This document shows, piece after piece, positions 10,101 through 21,300 of a stretch of 64,000 bases of DNA; within the stretch, counting starts at the first letter, position 1, and each line of letters opens with the position of its first letter. The position numbers and the translations under genes are program-made. This DNA comes from an uncultured Methanosarcinales archaeon (lineage in GTDB: Archaea > Nanobdellota > Nanobdellia > Woesearchaeales > CAXGTL01), in NCBI GenBank assembly GCA_964535955.1, contig CAZHVK010000008.1, positions 1 to 64,000 on the forward strand, written 5' to 3'. A model generated the notes under the pieces. It had not been told where the DNA came from. It did not search any database and was given only the letters and a program-made list of their open reading frames with translations.

Positions 10101-12193
10101 GCAATTCCATGATAACAAACTCCGTTTGACACACAATTATTTATATTATCACAACATGCTGCATCTGAAGGATCGTTACCCCATGCAACATTATACTGAA
10201 CATCATTATTTATTAACCTTGTTTTATAAAATTCATTATCATCACCACAACAATAACCATCATCTTTGTTTTGATTATAAGTATCACAGTTTTCTATTTC
10301 TTGTTCACATGTTACAGTTGTCCATGTTTCTGTACATGATTGTTGATCAATGTCCTCATCAGGAAGACAATCACCCCATAAATCATCAGTGCATGTTTGT
10401 GTACCTTTGATTGTATTTTCAGGATCAGTATAACAATCTCTTTGATAACCATTTCTACATTCTAAGCCAATAGCTGCTTTGATATCAAGCAGTCCTGCGC
10501 CTTGTGTGTTAATGTCATAACTATCTAATGTAATTGCTGTGTCCATTAATCTTTGTTTGATCTGTTCTGGTGTCAAGTCTGGGTGTGCTTGTTTGAGTAA
10601 TGCAACTGCTCCTGCTACTACAGGTGTTGACATAGAAGTTCCTGATTTTGTGAGATGTTTACCAGTATCTAAACAAGAATGGTAATCCTGGGTTTCAGGT
10701 GAACTGCTACCTTTCCATTTAGCTGCACAGATCTCAACACCTGGTGCAATAATGTCTGGTTTTGTTAATGTTTGTTCATTATCATTTTCATCTTTTTCAA
10801 TGATAGGACCGCGAGAACTGAAACATGCAATATCATTTTCAGTAGGATAATGGTCAAGACAAGTTGTTCTAGTACTAAATACAGACCCAGGAATCCATGG
10901 ATCAACAGGGTATGTCTTTTTAAAACCTGCACCAACTGATATTGCTTTTTGAGCAGTGGCTGGTGAGCCTATTGTTTGTTCAGTAGGACCAAAGTTACCT
11001 GCTCCAATAATAGCAATAATTCCTGCATCAACAACCATGTTAATTGCTCGTGATTTAATATCATCAGGGCCACAGATTTCATTATAAATTGATTTTGTTT
11101 TACCTTCTAAATAATATTTTTTACAGTAATCACTCAAACTCATGCTGATAATATCAATATGATCTGAAAAATCTTCGTCCTGATCAGGGTCTAAAGCATA
11201 GTCTAGTGCTGTTAACAAGACCAGGTCATAACTGTTTGGCCTGACCTTAAACATTGCAATGTTTGCGTCAGGTGCAATACCTTTCATCAATTCACCATTA
11301 CCAGCTGCAATTGATGCTACATGTGTGCCGTGGCCGTCATAGTCCATTGGATCAAAGTCAGTAACTATTTTTGAATAAAATTCGTCTTCTTTAAAATTAC
11401 CATCTTCATCATAATAATCTGTATAATCAATAAAAACATCTCCTGAAAAATCAAAACCTCTTACTGTGCTACCCCCTTTATCACAATATTCTTGTGCTAA
11501 GAATTGTTCTGTTGTGCATGATCCAAAGTCAGGGTGTGTATAATCAATACCTGTGTCAAAAATGCCGATGTCAATGCCTTTTCCTGTTAAACATTGTTTA
11601 TCTGTGTCTGCGCAATTGTTTCCATCTTCATCTAACAGATGTACTTGGTCTGCTTTTATCAAGGATGTTGTGTCTGTTGTGATCAACTCGTTTAACTTGT
11701 TTGGATAGACTCTTTTTACATTTGGTAATTGTTCTAATGCTTGTGCTTGTTGTTCTGTAATCAATAATCCAATGCTATTGATAACATTAAAAGTTTCACC
11801 TAACACAATGAGACCATTGTCTTGTTCTGCAACTGCATTTGCTGTGATTGTGTTTGTTGAAGGGTTGAGTGTTTGTTTTGCTTTGTTTTTAAACACATTG
11901 TGTTCAGTCTGCATAAGTTGTTTGAATGATGACATTGATTGTGTTATTGCTGGGTCTAAAGTGGATGCTAGTTCATATTTGTATTTATATTGTGCAAGTG
12001 ATCCTGCCATTGCAATCTTTGGCTGTACTTGTTGTTGTAATTGTTTTTGTGCTGTGTATTGTTTTATCAATGGTTCTTGTTGAAGTTCTACAATATAACC
12101 TAAAGTTTTTTGTTCTTGTGCTAGTGCTTGTTGTATGAGAAATATATTTAGAAATAGGATTAAGAATATTGCGAATGCTATTTTTTTCTTCAA
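7151..12193 (-). CDS. Membrane-anchored S8 protease with Cys-rich and MopE-like (putative metal-binding) repeats
   Basis: Signal peptide and I9-like prodomain; FDTGIDYTH, HGTHVA and SGTSMSTPVVAG motifs; many DCDD..NPG..EVCDNKDNDCDG repeats; C-terminal TM helix plus basic tail. Spans the N gap at 9358-9457. Confidence 0.9.
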   Translation of the reverse strand: MKKKIAFAIFLILFLNIFLIQQALAQEQKTLGYIVELQQEPLIKQYTAQKQLQQQVQPKIAMAGSLAQYKYKYELASTLDPAITQSMSSFKQLMQTEHNVFKNKAKQTLNPSTNTITANAVAEQDNGLIVLGETFNVINSIGLLITEQQAQALEQLPNVKRVYPNKLNELITTDTTSLIKADQVHLLDEDGNNCADTDKQCLTGKGIDIGIFDTGIDYTHPDFGSCTTEQFLAQEYCDKGGSTVRGFDFSGDVFIDYTDYYDEDGNFKEDEFYSKIVTDFDPMDYDGHGTHVASIAAGNGELMKGIAPDANIAMFKVRPNSYDLVLLTALDYALDPDQDEDFSDHIDIISMSLSDYCKKYYLEGKTKSIYNEICGPDDIKSRAINMVVDAGIIAIIGAGNFGPTEQTIGSPATAQKAISVGAGFKKTYPVDPWIPGSVFSTRTTCLDHYPTENDIACFSSRGPIIEKDENDNEQTLTKPDIIAPGVEICAAKWKGSSSPETQDYHSCLDTGKHLTKSGTSMSTPVVAGAVALLKQAHPDLTPEQIKQRLMDTAITLDSYDINTQGAGLLDIKAAIGLECRNGYQRDCYTDPENTIKGTQTCTDDLWGDCLPDEDIDQQSCTETWTTVTCEQEIENCDTYNQNKDDGYCCGDDNEFYKTRLINNDVQYNVAWGNDPSDAACCDNINNCVSNGVCYHGIADISGVDNDKKVICANGKWIDVDSTTTICETAGLKLVKSGEPGVGEYDSKEDGGPETEFECCGDDANEYLITNNCDDSLSLEVCCDNPDDKVNKDGKCVEQCCECNIEQKDECHATELSKKCDGCNYIDATDVEVCDDKDHDCDTHKHLDDQDNPFTTTSGCVQEGACQGSIKTCTAEGAWSECSILLQPEQCDAIDHNCDGDKNKDDLGEVLTTXXXXXXXXXXXXXXXXXXXXXXXXXXXXXXXXXXTQGDCDQEGACAGSEKTCTAEGTWSACSILRQPEQCDGIDHNCDGDKHKDDLGEVLTTTSNCDQDGSCAGSEKTCTAEGAWSTCSILPGDSEICGDNIDNNCDGNTDEDCVCTTDETKECGTDIGECEKGTQTCVKGQWDDCKDSIESTTETCDNKDNDCDGTIDNDVQKTTYYQDSDKDNYGNNAVSQQACTKPKDYVTDNTDCDDTDKKKNPGKTEVCDNKDNDCDGTIDNNVQKTTYYQDSDKDNYGNNAVSQQACTKPKDYVTDNTDCDDTNKKINPGEKEKCDNIDNNCNQQIDEGKTTIFYKDSDEDGFGNLSEPIQACSRPSGYVTDSTDCNDTVKKINPGETEVCDYMDNNCNQKTDEGVSITFYKDSDKDSFGDNSVQIKSCTKPSTYVTTNTDCNDKDKKIKPGAKEICDKADNDCNSKVDDLLDCKIGFDIEDKKGLIKKDFIKELNKTKQFILRKNNITHIKINLTNYSNLDKIDFNKIKITKQNSSDKKGFVLLKGLSLTNMTKILYLDRVIKSSNAVCIKDQEVENITQVSAKCKGKNETLIKCPGKKLHYTCEKQDDKFVITGLKHSAAVEFVSASPTTTTIIRGGPAASSTAGRAVNRKCADKVDNDGDGLIDMKDPGCKSLNDDDETDVKVSTALKPSCFDKKKNQDETGIDCGGPCQACKKPEPKTPTPSPKKQIAKPIQPKTETQKSMSLMLIGALSFIFILPIFIYFIVKITKR
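8532..8899. repeat. Intragenic direct repeat, 167 bp x2, period 201 bp
   Basis: 8532-8698 and 8733-8899 are identical except for one base (NNVQ vs NDVQ); they encode MopE-like repeats. Confidence 0.9.
9358..9457. other. Scaffold gap (100 N) within a tandem Cys-rich repeat
   Basis: Run of N; both flanks encode the same ~56 aa repeat unit. Confidence 0.98.
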
Positions 12194-12218
12194 TCATACC
12201 ACCTTCTTTTTGCTATAT

Positions 12219-12321
12219 ATGTCAAGAACCATTAAGTAATGTTCTTTTTAATTATATATATATTAGCCTCATGATCAATTGGTTCTTGATCATGATCAGA
12301 AACTTACAGTTTCTGACATAT
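12219..12321. repeat. Palindromic intergenic element (family A variant)
   Basis: CATGATCAA-ttggttc-TTGATCATG followed by TCAGAAAC-ttaca-GTTTCTGACA; resembles copies at 35763, 40754 and 62155. Confidence 0.7.
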
Positions 12322-12466
12322 AACTAGTATTGATTTATGGGAATTCTATATATAAAGGTATCGTTAATTTGGTGGTAAAATTGTTGTGTAAATGATTATG
12401 AAAAAAAGATTTAAAATAAAGAAAGAGATAAATTAAAAGAAAAAAAAAGAAAAAGGTTTTTAGTTA

Positions 12467-15400
12467 TTAAATACATTCTCCTTCTAATTGATAAAACCAA
12501 TTTGTAGAAGGATCTATTTCCCCAGAGTAATAATGATATGTTCCTCTTTCCATTGGATGCTCATATACTACACTAACATCAAGACTATATCTTCCAGTTT
12601 CATCACATGGTACATATCCTTCACATGTTGTAGATTCTCCTGGCATCAAGTCAATTGATTTACATCTAAAAATATAATCCAAATCAACTTTATCTAAAAT
12701 AATACCAAGTTCCATGTTATTCTTTACTTCTATTTTAAGTGTTTCTTCTTGATCAACTCCATGACTTATTATCCCAATATCAGCTGTTGCCCAACTAAAT
12801 CCTTCAAAAGGATAAGTAATATTAAAAGTTGGTATACTATGTCTGTTTTCTGTGACTGTTACTCCTGTTTGATAATCTTTGGCAATTTTTATTAATGGAT
12901 CTTCCTCTGTTGGATATGGTATTAATCCATCTACAAATTCTAAATTAATCTTGTCTTTTGAACCATGTGCATGAAGATCATATTTAATATGAGTTATATC
13001 TTTACCTGGGGAAAAGAGTTTTATATTAAGACCATCTTTGAATATATGATCTCTTTTGGTTTGCAATGTTTGTAATTCAATTACTGCTCCTGAATATGTG
13101 ATGATAGGTACAAATAAATCATAACCTACTTTACCAAATCTATGATAATTTATTCTTATTGGAAAATCATCCATTGTATCCTCCCCTGCAAGTTCTATCC
13201 TAAATCTATCTGAACCATACTCTAAATAAATATCTTCATCTCTTTTGTAAGTTACTTCTATATCTTCATCAGTATCCAAATCTCTAAATGTCATTATAGG
13301 ATTTGTATTATCACTCATATATTTGTCAGAACCTTTGTACTGCATACGGTGAATCTTGTAATACATAGAATAATCATCCATAAAAATAAATCTCAAATAA
13401 AAGATATCATTTTTATTAATAACATGACCAATAGTGCCTGATGCATCAAAGTCTACTTTTATTTTAAAATCATTTGAAGTGTCTGGACTTGCTGCCTCTA
13501 TTTTGAATCTTTTGCCACTAGTTTTAAGATAAATATCTTCATCTCTGTTGTAAGTAACTTCAATACCTTCACCTGTTGGAACATAAATAAATCTTATTGG
13601 AGGTGTTGTATCATCACTAGTATATTTATCAGCACCTTTATATTGCATTGCATAGGATTGTTTATTGTCTATGTCTGTTAAAACAAAATAATCATTTTTA
13701 TACAAAGGTATATCTTCATTTAAAATTGTGTAACGAGCAGAAGCTACTGTTGAACTGTATTTCTCACCTAGATAATATGTATTACTATCAACAACACCGA
13801 CTGGTAATTTTACTTTGTTATTGTTTGCATCTTGGAAAGTTAAGATGTAATTTGAGTAACCCCAATTATCAACAGAGATTGCTTCAAGTTTTACTGGTTT
13901 ATCTATGCAAACACCATTTTTACACATATAATCACAAGTATGTGTATCTGAACCAATGTATCCATTATCACGACAACTGAATTCAATTACAGAATGTTTA
14001 TCATTACATCTATCTGTTTGCATATCTTGTTCACCTGTTTCTTTGATAGTTGAAACAACTGTTGTTGCACGACCATCATACCTTTTTGATGAATCAGGAT
14101 CTTCACAAGACATTGTGTATTCTTTTTGAAGACACCTACCATTAAAACATCCATAAGTGCATCCTGGTTCTTGTCCTGTGAATTCTTCAACATTTACAGA
14201 ATATGAACCTTTACAATCATATTCTAAAAGTATTGGATATTTCTCAAGTACAGATTCATAAATACCTGTATAACCATGTTCTCCATAAAGACAAGCATCT
14301 GTGAATGTTTGATCTTCTGGTCCATAATTTATCACTGTTCCCTTTTCATAGATATTATAACCACCATCACTATCTCTGCATTCACCTACAACACCATATA
14401 ATACATAATCAAATGGTCTTAATAGTTTTGTGTCAGAAGTGTTTACATTATAACCTCTAATCTTCATTTCCATACCAACATGTTCTTCTAACACATCTTT
14501 TGTTAGTTTTTGTTCTTCCTCTCTATGACCATAATATTTTGTTAAATAATATTTGTCTTCATGTGGTGCTTCTAAAGTTTTTTCTATTGTTGTTAATTCT
14601 TTGCCATACTTAACTTCACCAAAAACACCGAATTCTGCTGCTTTTTGTTCATATGTTTCTAATAATTCTTCAAGTTCTATTCTAACTTCAAGTGGTAATG
14701 TTTCACCAACAATTACTAATTCATCGTCTTCTTGATTTAATATTCCTACTACATCTACAATCACTTCAATGCATTTGCCTGTGTCTGGATTTAATATTTG
14801 GAATTCATCACATTCTTGTCTAAGGCAAGCACCGTCTTGGCAACCGTGTGGGCATTGAAAACCACTATGAGCATCTGATAAATCTTCTTGACAATGATAT
14901 TCAATAATATAACATTTTTCACCTTGACAAAAAGTAACTTTTTTATCTTCATCATTAATTATATTATCTGAATCATACATATCAGGATCAAAGATACAAT
15001 AATCCCATTCCTGTCTTTCATAACTTTCATATTGTGGATTATTGTTTATTCTAAAACCTTTAGTGTAAATATCATCTCCACCATCTGAATCAACACATTC
15101 TTCTACTGCTGGTTCTTCTACACCACCACTTAAACCAGTATAATCAATATCCCAGTTTTCTGTGAACAATACTTCTGGTTCATCTAGTCTTGCTTCTATT
15201 ACTTTGCTCAATGATTCACCAGGTGCAACATAATAATCATCACCTGCATACATGTCAACTTCTATTGATTTTAGTTTGACAATTTCATTGTTGTCAGAAC
15301 CTTTGATAATCACTTTTGCTCCATCAATATTATTAGCTGTTCCATCTATGTAAAGATTTTTACTTGATTCTTCATCTTCTATGTTTGTGTCCCAGAGTGT

Positions 15401-18234
15401 TAAGTCATCTGCACCTAAGATGAATGTTGCTCTTTTTATACCATCTTCTTTTGCTTCATATTTTGTATCTAAGAGACCAATCTTTAAATAGCCACTTTCT
15501 TTACCTAACTTATATGTGTCACCAACATTAATCTTTCCTGTTTGTTCACCATTTATCTTAAAAGCAGCACGATCACTTGAATCAACATATGTTAGTTCTA
15601 CTTCATATGGTATATCATCAACTTTTAATAATCCTGTTTCACCTTGGTTAAGTGTTTCTTTTACTGCTCCACCAATTAATAATAATTTAACAGCACCTTG
15701 TATATAACCACCATTTCTTCTTGCAGATACAACAGTATATTCTTTACCTAAAAGATTTATATCTCTATTTGTAAATTCAGGCAAATATGTTCCATCTTTG
15801 TCTTTATTACCTTCTTTATCTGTAACAATAGATTCAACATGTGTTTCAAATTCTAATTTGTATCTAGCAATTTGTTTTCCATTAGGTATTATGAAATGAT
15901 CTGTCTGTACATCTGTGTCACTATATTCTATGAACTGAACAAAACCTGTATCAGAATTATCAAAAAACAATTTCTGAGAATATGGTTGTGCTACAAATGT
16001 TTTATATGATAATGAATATAATTCACTTGAACTAATACCACGAGATTCATCAATTCTAGGAACAACATCTCTTATTGTATCTTCTGGTGTTGCAGTACTT
16101 TGTGAATTACTTAGATAAAGGTTTTCATAACGTGTTTGGATTAACCAAGAATCTTTTCCAGATGAAATAAACACTTGTGGTAATCTTTGTTCAAAAGGAT
16201 GTTTTACATGTAGTTCAGGTATTCCTTTTGTTGGTTGATAAAATCTTACTTTTGTTCCATATGAAGTCATGCCATAACTATTCTCATGATTAACATATAA
16301 TCCTTTATTTCTTGTCATTGTGATTTTATCACCACTACCAGAAGCTGATAATTGGTAAATTATGTCATGAGGTTTAATTCTTTTTGAGTAAAAATCACCA
16401 TAAACTAATGATGAAATTTTTACACCAAAACCATTTTCTAAAACATTGCCTCTTCCTGGATCTGATGCTGAGAATTCAATCATTGCTCCTGAATATGTAT
16501 GAATAGGTACAATTAAATCATCACCAATTTCACCTGATGCATCATAGTCTATTGTTATTGGAAAATCATTCATTGTGTCTTTGCCTGCTAATTCTATTTT
16601 ATATTCTTCATTATAATATTTTAGATAAACATCTTGGCCTCTTTTGTAAGTTGCTTCAAAAGTATAACCATTACCCACATCTTTAAACATGATTGGAGGT
16701 GTAGTTGTGTCTGAAGTATATTTGTCAGCACCTTTGTACTGCATNNNNNNNNNNNNNNNNNNNNNNNNNNNNNNNNNNNNNNNNNNNNNNNNNNNNNNNN
16801 NNNNNNNNNNNNNNNNNNNNNNNNNNNNNNNNNNNNNNNNNNNNTGATTGGAGGTGTAGTTGTGTCTGAAGTATATTTGTCAGCACCTTTGTACTGCATA
16901 TGATGTTTTTGACCAGATTTACTTCTTAAATAGAACATATCATTTTTTTCAATAATATTTCCTATTTTTCCAGATCCATCTAAATCAATATTAAGATCAA
17001 AATCATTTGAAGTATCTGGGCTTGCTGTTTTTATTAAGAATTGACTTTTACCAAATTTAAGATAAATATCTTTTTCTCTTGAATAAGTTACATCAATGTT
17101 ATCACCACTTCCAACATCTGTGAAACTTATAGGAGGTGTTGTGTCATCTGTTCTATATTTGTCAGCACCTTTGTACTGCATTACATAGGATTTATTTTCC
17201 CACACATCTGTTAAAACAAAATAATCATTTTTCTTTATTATAGAATTTTCATCCATTATTGTGTAACGAGCAGAAGCTGGTGTTGAACTATATGAATCAC
17301 CAAGATAATAATTATTACTGTTAACAACACCAATTGGTAGATTTACTTGATTATTATTTGCATCTAAGAAAGTTAAGATATATCTTGAACCACCACTGCT
17401 TAGTATGCTGATGTTTTCTTGTTCTAGTTCTGGTAATTCTCCTGTACAAATACCATCTAAACAATTGTATGGACATTTATAATCATTCATCTGACATCTT
17501 AATCCATTTCCTCTGTCATCACAAACAATTTCTCTTAACCAGCCATCATGTTCACCACCAGTTATACATCCATCACCCATGCTTCCACCAAAAGTGTCTG
17601 CACATTCTCCTTTTACATAATAATTCTTGCCATTGTCAGTATCAATACATCCTGGTTCTTCTGTAAAATCAAGTTTACCACTATCTGACATCTTGATCAT
17701 ATAAGCTTTGTCAGAATAAAAATCTTTTAATGTGTTAAAACGAAGAGGAACACCAGGATCGTAAACTTTTGTGCCTGTTGATGCAAAATCTCTTATAACA
17801 ATAACATTGTCTTTGATTAGTTCTATTGATTGGTCAATTGATTTTGGTTTACTGCCTAAATAAGGAAAACAGTTCCAGCCTTTGTGTAATGATATTGTTT
17901 TGTCTTGGTCAAAAGAAAATGAACCAGTTAATAATAATTCTGCTTTATCCTTCATCTTTATTTGATATGCTTTACCATATTCTATTTGTTTTAAAGTATT
18001 GAATCTTAAAGGAATACCAGGATCATAAACTTTTGTACCACTATCTGTATATTCTCTAATAACTATAATCTTATCCATGATAGGATCAAATGCTTTGTCT
18101 ATTTCTTTTACATCTGGATCTATTGCTACTGGTATAATATTCCAGCCTTCATGAAAGTCTAATGTTACAGCATCTGCCATAACAAATTGTACACACAGAA
18201 TTAATAAAATTATATAGATTAAGTTTTTTTTCAT
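12467..18234 (-). CDS. Large secreted mosaic protein with S-layer-like domains and Cys-rich modules (probably one gene split by a gap; ~1870 aa if the flanks overlap)
   Basis: ORF track pieces 16621..18234 and 12467..16744. The 55 bp on either side of the gap are identical and merging them keeps the frame. It has a signal peptide, paired GWN modules, repeated MQYKGADKY modules and an S-layer-like block (LLGKEYTVVSARR...KLLLIGGAVKETL). Confidence 0.75.
16745..16844. other. Scaffold gap (100 N) with 55-bp duplicated flanks
   Basis: 16690-16744 equals 16845-16899. Confidence 0.97.
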
Positions 18235-18357
18235 TTAATACCACCTGTTTTTTTTATTATAATTATATTTATATATGATTTATAGGAGTTATATATATAA
18301 AAGTATCGCAAATATATTAAAAAATTAAAAGAAAAAAAAGGAAAAGGCAAGGGTTTA

Positions 18358-21300
18358 TTATCCAGTCAAACAAACACCATCTTGACAGCCAATTGAACAA
18401 ATCTCTGACTTATATTTAGAACATAATGCTCTTTTTGCTGGTTGATAAACATTATATTCTCCATCATAATACCTAAGATTCCCAAAACAATAGTCATTGC
18501 AAGATTCATCAAGACATGACATGTCTCCACATTTTGTTAGTCTAATAGTTGCACCTGCTGGGCTCTGATCAACAAAATTAAGTTTTATGTATCTATCTGT
18601 GTCCTGGACTTCAATGATATAATTAGTTCCTAATTCAAAGGAAGCTCCTAAAGATAGCAATTCCCTATCATAATACAATTTAAAACCTAATTTTTCTGGA
18701 ACATATTGATCAGTCAATAAGAACCTTAATTTATCATCTTCAAAAGATTTTCCATACTCTAATGAAAATGTGTATGTCTCTCCTTCAAATGGTTCTGCAC
18801 AAGCACCATCTTCACAACCATGTGGACATTGATAATATTCTTCATCTATGTAAGATTCTTGGTTCTCATCTTCTGCACAAAACATTTCTTTTAGATTGGC
18901 TGAAGGATCGTCATCAACACAATAATCATATTTCATCTCATCCTCTAGTACAATTGTTCCTTTCTTATCATAGTTCTTTCCATCTGGAAATTCTTTTGTA
19001 ATATCAAATTCAATACAGCCAGTAGCATCACCAACACAAACACCATCACTACAACCATTATAACAAAATCTAGACTTAGACCTTGAACAAAACATGTTTT
19101 TATCAGGCTCTCTTATTGATAAATCTGCACCATAATGTCTTATGCTTTCAAAACAATAATCATCACAAGATTGATCAAAGCATGATGAATCTTCGCATTG
19201 TGTTAATTTAAAAGTTACATGTTCTGTTGTCTGTTTAACAGGATTTATCAAAAGATATTTTTGTAAAGAAGGGATGTATTGAATATGTTTATTACCTATG
19301 GCAAAAGCTCCAATACTATAAATCTTTTTCCAATCATCATAAATATCTAAATTTATTCTTTGAGGAGCATACACATCTTCCAGAATGAAATCTAAACCAT
19401 TCCAGTCATATGTTTCACCATACCCTAAAGTAATGGTTTGTGGCTCTGACCAATCTATACAAGCACCATCTTTACAATCATGTGGACAAGAATAAGATTC
19501 AACATTCTGGATACCATCTTCACAATACCATTCATTCAAACTTCCATCAGCTGGATTACATTTGTCTTCATTATGATACTTTCCATCAACATAAATCTCT
19601 CCTCTTATAAAATAATTCTTGCCAAAGTCTGTGTCTGTGCATCCTTCTGCTAATGAGACCCTGCCTGTGTTTCTTGTGTTTTGTCTGTACATTGGCCACT
19701 GCATTGTCTCTCTATTGTAATCAGATTCAAGATCCAAAATATAAACTTTTCCTTCTGAAATAAGAGCCAAATCAATATCACCATCTTTGTCAATATCTGA
19801 CAATGTTGGTGAGAAATAAACTTTTGATATTGATTTTGGAAAGCCAGGAAGAATTTCTGCATCTTTATTCCAAGCATAGATCTTTGAGGTAGGTAATCTT
19901 GGATTAAGACCTAATTCAGGTCCTACAATACTAAGAATGTCAGGGTTTTGATCATTGTTCATATCTCCAATAACAGGAGTTGTAAAACGTCTTATCGTCA
20001 TAACCGCTGGGGAAGATCCACGATAAATTTCTACAGGCCATTTATCTAATTTAATTCTGTCTTTATTGTAAATTCTTAAATAATCATACGCAAAAATAGA
20101 CTCACGACCTACACGAAGGGAAAGACTAGCAAAAATAATGTCATTATAATTGTCATCATCAAAATCTGAAACAATAATGCCTGTTGATGGAACAGAATCA
20201 AAGGATTTTGGCCAAGGCCTTTTGCGTTTTCCTTCTGAATCTAAGACATGGATTGATTTCATATCATTAAAAATAACTTCTAAATGATTATCATTATCAA
20301 TGTCAGTTATGACTGGGTCTGAGTTAATTTTGTTATAAATATTATTAGGATACTTTGATTCAACTTTTTCAAATGGCCATCCATCAATATTTATACCATT
20401 ATTATTGATAGCATTCATTCTTAATACAGGATCACTATCTGCATTATAATATAAAGTATAAAAAATAATATCTAAAAAATCATCATTATCAAGATCACCT
20501 AACAAAGGACTTATATGTGCAACAACACCACTAACACTCCTTGGAAACCCTGGCCAACCAAGTTCAAGTTCATTTCCTTGATAATCTAATACATGTACCT
20601 GATGTGTACTCAAGATAACAATTTCTTGATAACCATCATTGTCAACATCACCTATAACCGGTGTTGAAAAACTATTTGTTCTGAAATTAGTGACTTCAAC
20701 AGGCCAGCCTTGTTTTAATTTCCCATCAGGTTGATAAACATAAACATTGTTATCATAACCACCAATGATAATCTCTTTTATACCATCATTATCTAAATCA
20801 GCTACAGCTGGTGCAGGTGAACTATAAGATCTTAACCTTGGTTTTCCCATAAATACAGGCCAACCATCAACATAAGAACCATCATGGTTCCAAGCATAAA
20901 GATATTGAAGTGAACGTGAAAGTATCTCTTCTTCTTTGTCATTATCTATGTTTGCCACTGTTAATGATCCTAATCCATATTCAGCTTTTACAGGCCAACC
21001 ATCCAATAAATTAAGATCATCAATGTTCCACAAAAAGACAATAATCCTATCTTGACTTGCAATATCAGATGTTGTTCGTATTCTAATACTATGATAACCA
21101 GTTTCAAACATACTAGGATCAAGTGTTGCTAAAACAGCTTTTTCTTTAGGTTCACCAGAACCAATAATTGTCCAAGATGTAGGATGTTTTCCAGTTCCTA
21201 CTTCTATAATATAATTATCAGTGGCTGTTCCTATTATGTCTGTTTTTGTAGAAATAGGAGGCTGTAAATTATCTAAAATAACAACAGGTGGTTTTTCTGA

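Noticed and set aside
16621..16844. Apparent frameshift or pseudogene splitting 12467..18234
   Set aside because: It is caused by the arbitrary 100-N gap length; merging the duplicated flanks restores the frame.
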